DNA from: Armatimonadota bacterium
GTDB lineage: Bacteria > Armatimonadota > HRBIN16
DNA: 64,000 bases
NCBI GenBank assembly: GCA_963677485.1
Contig: OY781964.1
Coordinates: 1,184,001-1,248,000, forward strand
Reading direction: 5' to 3'
Under the pieces are notes generated by a model, which was given only the letters and a program-made list of their open reading frames with translations, was not told where the DNA came from and made no database searches. Positions 1 to 8,266 of this stretch are shown one piece after another. The first letter of the stretch is position 1. Each line of letters opens with the position of its first letter. The position numbers and the translations under genes are program-made.

Positions 1-1
1 A

Positions 2-148
2 GCTACCCGTAGTTTCCTTGTACAAAATGGCAGTAAACGTGGATCAAGATACATCTTGAATGGAGAGATTATTCAGCGTGACCCCTCACATTTGGTGGAT
101 AGTCCAGATCAGGCTTATACTTCCGCCGATGGGTCATCAGATTCTTGA
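2..148 (+). CDS. 3' end of a gene running in from the left edge (possible wHTH-like C-terminus)
   Basis: Frame 2 is open from the window edge to TGA at 146-148 (ATRSFLVQNGSKRGSRYILNGEIIQ...). 'GSKRGSRY' resembles the wing of C-terminal wHTH domains. Too short to assign. Confidence 0.35.
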   Translation, partial: ATRSFLVQNGSKRGSRYILNGEIIQRDPSHLVDSPDQAYTSADGSSDS

Positions 149-424
149 TACCCTCCCCTCAATAGCCTCTTCGCCGTCGTGGGTACAGTCATCCATCGTT
201 TGTCGGTTGGCACGAGGGAGTTGGTAATCCACAGCTGGCCAGATGGGACGGTTCGCCTGTCATTGCACCATTGCGCCTTTGCGTTATGCTCCTCCTGTGC
301 CAAATACTACCCTTATTCCGGCAGACCCGCCAGATATGATAAAATCCATACGTCACACCGCACCTGGGAGCCTGGCGTTTTCCGCTCTCAACCATACCGC
401 CCCAATGCGGGGCAAAGAAGTTAC

Positions 425-1687
425 ATGGCTAGATTAGAACACATCTCACAACTGCTTGATGCCAAGGTGGTCGATGCCGAAGGGCAAGGCCTCGGCCGCG
501 TCTCTGAAGTCTGCGTCTCCACCGACGAAAAGCTGCCTTGCCTGCTGGCGCTTCAGATCAGCTCGGGTAAGGAGCAGCGCTGGATCGGCATCGAACACGT
601 CAGCCTCACGCCAAACCTGGTGAAATTACGGGGCAATCTGGCGAAGCTCAAGCAGACGCTGCCCACAGAGAACGACTATTACCTGCGCCGTGACCTGCTT
701 GATAAGCAGATTGTAGATGTTCACGACCATCGCGTGGTGCGCGTGAACGACGTATGGCTGGCGCCCTTCAACCAGACCTGGGGCATCGTGGGCGTTGAGG
801 CCGATATGCGCTCTCTGGCCCGGCGGATTGGCAGCGAGAGCTTCGTGAAGTGGCTCGCGCGGGTGTTTCACCTGCGTATCTCCGCGCGTATCATCCCCTG
901 GAACGATGTGGAGCAGCTCAGCACCACGGGCGGCGGCATCAAACTGAAGGTGCCTTACACCAAGATCGCCCGCCTTCACCCGGCGGACATCGCCGACATC
1001 GTGGAGCAGTTGGACCCCGCGGACCGCACCAAAGTCATCACCAGCCTGGACATTGAGACCGCCGCCGATACCATCAGCGAGGCGGAGCCAGAGGTGCAGG
1101 CCTCCATCATCGAAAACCTGGATGACGAGCACGGGGCAGACATCCTTGAGGAGATGGAGCCCGACGAGGCGGCTGACATCTTGCAGGACCTATCGGACGA
1201 ACGCTCGGAAGCGCTGCTGGAAGAGATGGAGCCTGAAGAGGCGGATGATGTCAAGCAGTTGCTGGAATTCGACGAGGAGACAGCCGGTGGTTTGATGACC
1301 ACCGAGTTTGTGAGCGTGGCCAGCCACTTTACGGCAGAACAGACCATTGAAGAGATCCGCCAGATTCACCCCACCGCTGAAACCATCTACTACATCTATG
1401 TGATTGACGATGACGGCAAGCTGCTGGGAGTGCTCTCCCTGCGTGACCTCATTGTCAGCGCACCATCCACACCCGTCACCGAGTTCCTTGTAAAAGAGGT
1501 GATTAGCGTGGAAGCGGACGAGCACGAGGATGAGGTGGCCAAAATCATGGGCAAGTACAACCTGCTGGCTCTGCCCGTGGTCGACAGCAATAACAAGCTG
1601 ATCGGCATCATCACGGTCGACGATACGGTCGCAAGGCTGCTGCCGCCCGAGCGCAAACGCCGTCAGGAAAAGGACCGAGAAGATTGA
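425..1687 (+). CDS. Soluble MgtE-like protein (PRC barrels + MgtE N-terminal domain + CBS pair, no transmembrane domain)
   Basis: MARLEH start; 'DLLDKQIVDVHDHRVVRVNDV' PRC repeat, 'LHPADIADIVEQL' MgtE_N, 'TAGGLMTTEFV' and 'GIITVDD' CBS motifs; the protein ends before any TM region. Confidence 0.85.
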   Translation: MARLEHISQLLDAKVVDAEGQGLGRVSEVCVSTDEKLPCLLALQISSGKEQRWIGIEHVSLTPNLVKLRGNLAKLKQTLPTENDYYLRRDLLDKQIVDVHDHRVVRVNDVWLAPFNQTWGIVGVEADMRSLARRIGSESFVKWLARVFHLRISARIIPWNDVEQLSTTGGGIKLKVPYTKIARLHPADIADIVEQLDPADRTKVITSLDIETAADTISEAEPEVQASIIENLDDEHGADILEEMEPDEAADILQDLSDERSEALLEEMEPEEADDVKQLLEFDEETAGGLMTTEFVSVASHFTAEQTIEEIRQIHPTAETIYYIYVIDDDGKLLGVLSLRDLIVSAPSTPVTEFLVKEVISVEADEHEDEVAKIMGKYNLLALPVVDSNNKLIGIITVDDTVARLLPPERKRRQEKDRED

Positions 1688-2553
1688 ACCGTCATCCGCT
1701 GGTGAGGGGTTCCCTGGCCCTTCGCTGGCTGTGTGCTTTGCTGTTGCTGGTGATGCTAGCCGGATGCCGCAGCCAATCTCGCAAGCCGCTGCCCCTCAAC
1801 CAGTTGCAGATCACCTTTATCGATGTCGGTCAAGGTGATTCGGCACTCATCCAGACACCATCGGGCAAGTGCATGCTGGTGGACGCTGGTCCGCCCGATG
1901 GGGCCGGGGCCATCACCGATCTGCTGGACCGCGAGGGCATCAGCCGCATCGATACGCTGGTGCTGACCCATCCCGATGCCGACCATATCGGCGGAGCGGA
2001 GCAGATCATCCAAAGCTACACTGTGGCGGAGGTGCTGACCAACGGCTTACCGTTCGACACCGAGCTGGCCTTCCGGCTGAACGCGTTGATGCGCCAAAAG
2101 GGGATGCCCGTGCGCACCATCACCGAGGGGCAGAGCCTGGACTTGGACAACAATACGCATCTGGAGTTTTGGAATCCGGGCCGTCCGCGGGCGCAGTCAG
2201 ATAACGAGAACTCCATCGTGTTCCGGCTGGTATATGGCCAAAAGAGCTTCGTGTTCACCGGCGATGTGGAGGGGGCCGGCATCACCAACTGCCTTTCTCA
2301 TGCCGTGCCCACCGATGTGCTGAAGATCAGCCACCACGGCTCCGCGAAGGGCACCACCCAGCAGATGCTGGCCTTATTGCAGCCGCAACTCACCGTGATC
2401 AGTGTGGGGGCAGATAACCGGTATGGCCACCCGCATCGCGAAGTGCGCGCCCTGCTGAAGGATGCCGGAAGCAAAAACTACCGTACCGATGAGGACGGCA
2501 ACATCACCCTGCGCACCGATGGCAAACGGCTGTCGGTCAAGACACAGTATTAG
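1684..2553 (+). CDS. ComEC/Rec2-like metallo-beta-lactamase-fold lipoprotein
   Basis: Lipobox LAGC; FIDVGQGD, THPDADHIGG, FTGD, KISHHGS and NRYGHP motifs. Confidence 0.88.
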   Translation: MNRHPLVRGSLALRWLCALLLLVMLAGCRSQSRKPLPLNQLQITFIDVGQGDSALIQTPSGKCMLVDAGPPDGAGAITDLLDREGISRIDTLVLTHPDADHIGGAEQIIQSYTVAEVLTNGLPFDTELAFRLNALMRQKGMPVRTITEGQSLDLDNNTHLEFWNPGRPRAQSDNENSIVFRLVYGQKSFVFTGDVEGAGITNCLSHAVPTDVLKISHHGSAKGTTQQMLALLQPQLTVISVGADNRYGHPHREVRALLKDAGSKNYRTDEDGNITLRTDGKRLSVKTQY

Positions 2554-2571
2554 AGACATAGAGGTATAGAT

Positions 2572-3402
2572 ATGAACGGCATCACCCCCATTACCATCGG
2601 CGATTTCCAGATAGGTGCTGAAGGCGCACCGCTGACGCTCATCGCCGGCCCGTGCGTGATCGAAAGCGAACTTGGCTGTATGGACACCGCATCTTATATG
2701 GCCGAGATCTGCGTAGACCTGGGCATCAACTACATCTTCAAGGCCAGTTGGGATAAGGCGAACCGCACCAGCATCCACAGCTACCGCGGCCCAGGGCTGG
2801 AACGCGGTCTGGAGATTCTCAACAACGTGAAACAGAGGCTGAAACTGCCGGTGCTGACCGACGTTCATGAAACCGGGCACGTCAAACAGGTGGCTCAGGT
2901 GGTGGATATGCTTCAGATTCCGGCTTTCCTCTGCCGTCAGACCGACCTGCTGATCGCCTGCGCGGAAACCGGCATCCCCGTGAATGTGAAGAAAGGCCAG
3001 TTCCTGGCGGCCTGGGACATGAAGAACGTGGTAGAGAAGCTGCGTGAAGCGGGATGCAGACAAGCGATGCTGACCGAACGCGGCAGCAGCTTTGGATACA
3101 ACACGCTGATTGTGGACTACACCAGCCTGCCCACCATGCGCAGTTACGGGGTGCCGGTCTGCTTTGATGCCACCCACAGCCTGCAGCTTCCCGGCGGTGC
3201 GGGCAGCAGCAGCGGTGGCCGTCGTGAGTTCGTGCCGCAAGTCGTGCGTGCCGCCGCTGCGGTGGGCATGGACGCGCTGTTCATGGAAGTCCACCCCAAC
3301 CCCACCAAGGGCTTGAGCGACGCCAGCACGATGTATCCGCTAGATCAGATGCGCGACCTGCTGACGCAGGTGCTGGCCATCCAGGCGGCGCTGAGCGAGT
3401 AG
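2572..3402 (+). CDS. kdsA: 3-deoxy-8-phosphooctulonate (KDO8P) synthase
   Basis: [62 protein letters not shown] motifs. Confidence 0.96.
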   Translation: MNGITPITIGDFQIGAEGAPLTLIAGPCVIESELGCMDTASYMAEICVDLGINYIFKASWDKANRTSIHSYRGPGLERGLEILNNVKQRLKLPVLTDVHETGHVKQVAQVVDMLQIPAFLCRQTDLLIACAETGIPVNVKKGQFLAAWDMKNVVEKLREAGCRQAMLTERGSSFGYNTLIVDYTSLPTMRSYGVPVCFDATHSLQLPGGAGSSSGGRREFVPQVVRAAAAVGMDALFMEVHPNPTKGLSDASTMYPLDQMRDLLTQVLAIQAALSE

Positions 3403-3429
3403 TGCTTCGGGTTAATCGATCGCACCCAC

Positions 3430-3760
3430 TGCCGCGGGCTGAAAGCCCTACGGCTATTTGAACGAAAAGCCGGCTTCCAGCCGACTTTTCGGATAAGAAG
3501 CCGTGTCCTTCAAGGCAGTCTATTACCCACAAATCCAGATTGGGATCGTATTGACCATGTTCCGCGACATAAATGTCTCGGCTATTGATCAACAAGCCCG
3601 CTAAACCGGGCTGCGGAGCTCTTGCAGACAAAGATAACGTTAATGAAGACTGCTTCAGCAGTCTTGGTGTTCAATAGCCGAGACATTTATGTCGCGGAAT
3701 CGGTGACTTATTGGCCAGGCAATATTTGTGGGTAATAGACTGTCCTTCAGGGCGCGGCGA
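3430..3760. repeat. REP-like family A cluster: nested inverted repeats built from two-hairpin units
   Basis: Perfect 29-bp IR at 3560-3588/3671-3699 inside a perfect 19-bp IR at 3516-3534/3724-3742. Related sequence at about 22950-23035 and 43160-43285. Confidence 0.85.
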
Positions 3761-3789
3761 GAGGGCATCGCGGAATAGCCAGGCGGTCA

Positions 3790-3901
3790 GTAGGTACGCT
3801 TGTCATGACCACTATCTTTCATGGCTGACCGCCAGACCGGCGCGGTCTTGAACCTTCTGCAGTCGCTATCCTGCGCACAGACCACCCCGGACTTAGCCAA
3901 C
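3790..3901 (+). repeat. Partial copy of repeat family B (MITE/REP-like)
   Basis: 'ccgccagaccggcgcggtcttga...ctgcgcacagaccaccccggac' matches copies at 32149-32630, 49153-49270 and 54505-54674. Confidence 0.8.
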
Positions 3902-4017
3902 GCTTGATTACCGAGCAGCACCACACTGCCCACCCCTTCCCACTGGCTCCGCGATGCGATATCATGCTGTTAAGCAGGCAAATATTGCGCGGCAACACAC
4001 ATACAGGAGTACTACCC

Positions 4018-4575
4018 TTGGCAGTTGAAATCATCATGGTGCGTCCGAATCTGGTAAACATCCCCGACTACCCATTGCCCGAAGGTTATACTATGCGTTT
4101 CTTCCAACCTGGCGATGAGCAGCACTGGGCGGATCTGTGGGTAGCGGTGAAGGACTTTGACGCCCTCGAACCGGCATTGAAGGCACACCGCGATGATTTT
4201 GGCGGAGACCCAGAGCAACTGCCTCAGCGTCAGATGTTCCTGTGCAATGGATCAGGCGAAGTGATCGGCACCATATCGGCATGGTATGGCAGCAGCTACG
4301 AACCCAGCCAGTATGGACTGATTCACTGGGTGGCTATCCATCCCGACTACCAGGCCAAGCGCCTGGGTCGGCCCTTGATGTGCGAGGCGATGAAGCTGAT
4401 GAGTCAATGGCACACAAAGGCCTACCTCTGCACGCACACCCATCGCATCCGGGCACTGAGGGTCTACCTCGATATGGGCTTTGTGCCCTTCATCCGACAC
4501 GATCAAGACATCGAATCCTGGAAAGGCGTGGCTAAAGAGCTGAATCATCCGGCCCTTATGCCCTATAAGGTGTAA
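4018..4575 (+). CDS. GNAT-family N-acetyltransferase
   Basis: 'IHWVAIHPDYQAKRLGRPL' acetyl-CoA motif A and 'YLDMGF'. TTG start follows a CAGGAG RBS. Confidence 0.85.
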   Translation: MAVEIIMVRPNLVNIPDYPLPEGYTMRFFQPGDEQHWADLWVAVKDFDALEPALKAHRDDFGGDPEQLPQRQMFLCNGSGEVIGTISAWYGSSYEPSQYGLIHWVAIHPDYQAKRLGRPLMCEAMKLMSQWHTKAYLCTHTHRIRALRVYLDMGFVPFIRHDQDIESWKGVAKELNHPALMPYKV

Positions 4576-4578
4576 CAC

Positions 4579-5088
4579 ATGGCGTTACGAAATTGCAGGG
4601 ATTGCGGCACACAAGTCAGCACGCAGGCGGTCAGTTGCCCATCCTGCGGAGCACCCTACCCATGGCAAAGACATCTGCGCGGCCCCGGCTACGAGTGGCG
4701 AAGCTCCGTTGAGGTGCTGGGGATACCATTGGTCCACATTGCCTGGGGACGGACCCCCGAGGGCCGGATGCGCGTGGCCAAGGGTATCATTGCGATAGGA
4801 CAGTTCGGCATCGGTGTGGTGACCATCGCTCAGTTCGGCATCGGGCTGCTATTCGGTCTGGGGCAGTTCATGGCGGGTACCATCGCTGTGGGGCAGATGG
4901 CCGTGGGCGTCCAGTTTGGCCTGGGCCAGTTAGCCACCGGATACACCGCGATCGGCCAAATGGCGGTTGGTCACTGGGCTTTGGGGCAGATCGCCTTTGG
5001 TGACCATGTCTGGAGCACCGAGATTCACGATCTGGCCGCGCGGGCTTACTTCGCAAAACTACCCGTCATCGGCCCGCTGTTGCGTTAA
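4579..5088 (+). CDS. Zinc-ribbon protein with Gly-rich hydrophobic repeats
   Basis: N-terminal CRDC...CPSC followed by about seven 10-11-aa '(A/G)xGQxxxG' repeats. Confidence 0.75.
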   Translation: MALRNCRDCGTQVSTQAVSCPSCGAPYPWQRHLRGPGYEWRSSVEVLGIPLVHIAWGRTPEGRMRVAKGIIAIGQFGIGVVTIAQFGIGLLFGLGQFMAGTIAVGQMAVGVQFGLGQLATGYTAIGQMAVGHWALGQIAFGDHVWSTEIHDLAARAYFAKLPVIGPLLR

Positions 5089-5111
5089 TTCGTAACGAGT
5101 CCGCCACGATC

Positions 5112-5292
5112 GCCACGGGTATTAGTCACCCCACGGGACTGGCGTCCCTCAGGGGTTCCCTCACCGCGCGGCTAGCTTTCTGCTGCCCGCAAGCGGGCGC
5201 GGGGACTCCGAGAAGCGTCCGCTTCAGCGGACAGCTAGCTGATCAGCGATGGGTGACGAAGCCTGCTTTAGCAGGTTGATGGAACCCGTCGC
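5112..5292. repeat. Structured repeat family F, copy 1 (copy 2 at 42918-43091)
   Basis: Shared blocks gccacgggt, gcccgcaagNgggcgc..ggactcc, ctgatcagcgatgggtgac and ggaacccgt. Confidence 0.7.
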
Positions 5293-5370
5293 GGCGGGTC
5301 GCTAATAGTGTGTTATATATCTATGACCAAACGGCGCACAGCGCCAACCAATCAAGGAGCAGTTTTCCGC

Positions 5371-6612
5371 ATGAAATCACTTCTCACCATGCTTATCGCC
5401 ATCACCGCTGTTTCATTACTCGCAGTGCCCTCAACAGCAGCGAACAATAAGGACATTTATGAATCCCACGGGTTCTGGGCAGAGGGGCCGAACATACCCA
5501 AACTCTCACCCGACGAGTTCGTGCTGATGCCTTGGGGCTGGACACCCGGCAACAAGAAGGCACTGCAGGACATCAAAGACTGCGGCTTCAACGTGGTCGG
5601 ATTCGTCACACCGGAGTATGTGAAGCTGTGCAAAGCGGTAGGCATCCCCTGCATGGTGGATGACCCCAGAATCACCAAAAACATCACCCGCACCGACATC
5701 TCAGATGCTGAGATGCTGAAGCTCGTGAATGAAGCGGTGCGACCATTCAAGGGTAATTCCGCGGTCTACGGCTACCACTTGATCGACGAGCCGTGGACCG
5801 GGCTGTTTCCCGCCCTGCGCCGATGGAAAGACACCATCGCCAAGGTCGATCCGAAGACGGTCTCCTACATCAACCTGCTGCCGGTGGGCAGCAACCTGGA
5901 CGGCATCGGCATGTACGAGGAGTTTGCCAACGTCGTTAAGCCCACCTTCTTGAGCTATGACCACTACACGTTGTTTGATGATGGCAACATGGGCGACAGT
6001 TTTTACACCAACCTGGAGACCATGCGTAAGGTGGCCTTGAAGCACGATCTGCCGTTCTGGAACATCGTGCTGTCAAACAGCCATTTCCACTACGCTGATG
6101 TGACCGTGGGCGGGATGAGCGTGCAGGTCTACTCCTCGCTGGCATACGGCGTGCGGGGTTTGAGCTACTTTACCTATTTCGCGCCGCTGCTGGACAACTA
6201 TCGCAATGCGCCTGTGGACCATTTCCTGAACAAAACGCCCTCCTGGGACATCATCCGCAGTCTGAACCTTCAGATTCACCAACTGGCACCGACCTACCTG
6301 AAGCTGAAGAGCGTAAATGTGTTTCATAACGAGAAAGTGCCCACCGGCTGCAAGGGCCTGGACAGCAGTAAATACCTCGCTGACGTCAGCGGAGGCGACT
6401 TCCTGGTGGGCGAATTCGCCGGTCCCAAGGGGGAGCCATTCGTGATGGTGGTCAACAAGAGCATCACCAAGTCGACCAACGGCCACATCGTGTTCAAGGA
6501 CAAGGGCACCGTGATGCAGACCAACGCCTTCACCGGCGTCACCAAGCCGTTTGGCGGCGAGTGGTGCTGGTTTGGCCCCGGCCAGGGCGTTCTTTTCAGC
6601 CTGGCGAAGTAG
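5371..6612 (+). CDS. Secreted glycoside-hydrolase-like TIM-barrel protein
   Basis: Signal peptide; 'YGYHLIDEP', 'SYDHY' and 'AYGVRGLSYFTY' resemble clan GH-A-like hydrolases. Family not assignable. Confidence 0.6.
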   Translation: MKSLLTMLIAITAVSLLAVPSTAANNKDIYESHGFWAEGPNIPKLSPDEFVLMPWGWTPGNKKALQDIKDCGFNVVGFVTPEYVKLCKAVGIPCMVDDPRITKNITRTDISDAEMLKLVNEAVRPFKGNSAVYGYHLIDEPWTGLFPALRRWKDTIAKVDPKTVSYINLLPVGSNLDGIGMYEEFANVVKPTFLSYDHYTLFDDGNMGDSFYTNLETMRKVALKHDLPFWNIVLSNSHFHYADVTVGGMSVQVYSSLAYGVRGLSYFTYFAPLLDNYRNAPVDHFLNKTPSWDIIRSLNLQIHQLAPTYLKLKSVNVFHNEKVPTGCKGLDSSKYLADVSGGDFLVGEFAGPKGEPFVMVVNKSITKSTNGHIVFKDKGTVMQTNAFTGVTKPFGGEWCWFGPGQGVLFSLAK

Positions 6613-6616
6613 GGTT

Positions 6617-6794
6617 ATTGTCTGAACCACGGATTGCGCGGATGGCACAGATAGGTTCGGATGGAGAGGGAGGCCAATCTGGAGATTGGCGTTCCCAGGT
6701 GAATGCCGACCCTGCGCCATTGCATCCTTGCGCCTTTGCGTTGGAAGCCATCCGTGTCATCGAATCCATCCGTGTTATACGTGGTTCAGACAAT
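6617..6794. repeat. Composite intergenic element bounded by a 15-bp perfect IR
   Basis: attgtctgaaccacg (6617-6631) and cgtggttcagacaat (6780-6794) enclose a family D hairpin (6673-6699) and a TTGCGC micro-repeat (6713-6743). Confidence 0.75.
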
Positions 6795-6879
6795 CCCCGG
6801 TGTAGTAAGTATAATATGAGAACAACCCTAACCGGGATCATGACTATGTGATGCCCGAGCTTCAATACAGAGGTGAGCC

Positions 6880-8133
6880 ATGAACCGGTGTTTCTCGCAT
6901 GTAGTATCGGTAGCTCTGCTGTGTGTGGGCACGTGTATCGCAAACAGTGCTGAGCTGCCAGCCCCTCCACCGAAGGCTGGCCCCGCTTATGGCCGGAATG
7001 TGGATCACTCCGCGGACTGGCAGCAGGTGGGCGGCGACTTGATCAAGAACTTCAACAATATGTATCACCTGTGCATCTTGAAGGAGCCGGGTCAGGCATA
7101 CCCATATAAGGGCTGGTTCTTTGGATGGGCGTCCACACCCGCCAACACCAACTACGGTTATAAGTTCGGTTGCGACATGGCCTTCGCGGCGCGTGCGAAA
7201 CAACTCGCTGGACCCTGGGAGATATACGCCGGCGATGGCAAATGGGACACCACCATGAACCCCAAGACGTGGATACCGGTGCTGGTGGCTCAGGGCAAAT
7301 TCTACAATAGCTGGCACAACGGCGACTCCTCGGTGGTCAAAGTTGGCGCGAAATACTACATGGCATACAGCTCCACCGGCTTCAACAAGGATATGATCCC
7401 CTTTGGTCAGCCGGGCGACACCGATAGCGACATCAACTGCATCATGGGCGCGGTGTCAGATGATGGCATCAAATGGTCACCGACCTCCTACCCCATTTTG
7501 ATTGATCCGCGGAACATCGGCCAGAAACCGATCAGACCCGGCGAATACATGCACCCATACGGCATCTACCACCGCCCCTCGCTGATGCGCGAAGGTAAGG
7601 TCTGGAGGCTGTGGTTTGACTGCTGGACTGGCAAAGATATGCCCATGGGGTATGCCGAAAATCACGGAAACTTCATGAACCCGTCTGACTGGAAAATCCT
7701 CCGCGGCATCGACAACCCCGTGCTGGAAAACTACCCCAATCCAGACGTTGTTAAGATCAAGGACGTCTACTTCGCCTATTCCGATCCCGGCGGATACACC
7801 CCGCTGATGCCCAGCTACCCGTCACTGCAGGCGAAATTCTTGAAAGACTGGGCTTCGCGGAAGATATGCGAGTCGGTGTCGCTGAACGGCATAGACTGGG
7901 CACCACTGGGCTTCATCGAGCGTGATTCGGATGGCCAGGCCAACCAGGTGCCGGTGGCCTATGTGGAAAAAGAGGGTGAATCCAGTTGGATATACGTCAA
8001 CTACGGTTTGCAGATGTTCGGTGACTATCGACAAGACCGCATCCGTATGAAACGCCGGCTGGTCACCGACAAGCAGTTGGCGGATTACCGCCGGCTATGG
8101 CGCAGCAAATACCCCGAGGCCAAACCGAGGTAA
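6880..8133 (+). CDS. Secreted five-bladed beta-propeller protein (GH43/32/130-like)
   Basis: Signal peptide; 'GDSSVVKVGAKYYMAYS', 'AVSDDGIKW', 'RPSLMREGKVWRLWFD' and 'SVSLNGIDW' blade motifs. Confidence 0.6.
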   Translation: MNRCFSHVVSVALLCVGTCIANSAELPAPPPKAGPAYGRNVDHSADWQQVGGDLIKNFNNMYHLCILKEPGQAYPYKGWFFGWASTPANTNYGYKFGCDMAFAARAKQLAGPWEIYAGDGKWDTTMNPKTWIPVLVAQGKFYNSWHNGDSSVVKVGAKYYMAYSSTGFNKDMIPFGQPGDTDSDINCIMGAVSDDGIKWSPTSYPILIDPRNIGQKPIRPGEYMHPYGIYHRPSLMREGKVWRLWFDCWTGKDMPMGYAENHGNFMNPSDWKILRGIDNPVLENYPNPDVVKIKDVYFAYSDPGGYTPLMPSYPSLQAKFLKDWASRKICESVSLNGIDWAPLGFIERDSDGQANQVPVAYVEKEGESSWIYVNYGLQMFGDYRQDRIRMKRRLVTDKQLADYRRLWRSKYPEAKPR

Positions 8134-8142
8134 CGGGGAAGG

Positions 8143-8262
8143 GAGCGGGCGCGGTCTCCGCGCCCAGGGGCGGGGTGACCCCGCCCCTACATCGTTTCCT
8201 AATCTGCGTCATCTGCGTCATCTGTGGATGACCCTTCGCGTCTTCGCGTCTTCGCGTGAGAA
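8143..8262. repeat. GTAG-type REP hairpins plus ATCTGCGTC and CTTCGCGT micro-repeats between convergent genes
   Basis: gggcgcggtctccgcgccc, ggggcggggtgaccccgcccctac, aatctgcgtcatctgcgtcatctgtggat, cttcgcgtcttcgcgtcttcgcgtgag. Confidence 0.8.
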
Positions 8263-8266
8263 AAGG

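Noticed and set aside
2374-3294. 306-aa antisense ORF (also 54956-55960, 8981-9724, 23769-24506, 12000-12641)
   Set aside because: These are shadow ORFs opposite well-supported genes, expected from GC-rich codon bias, with no motifs.
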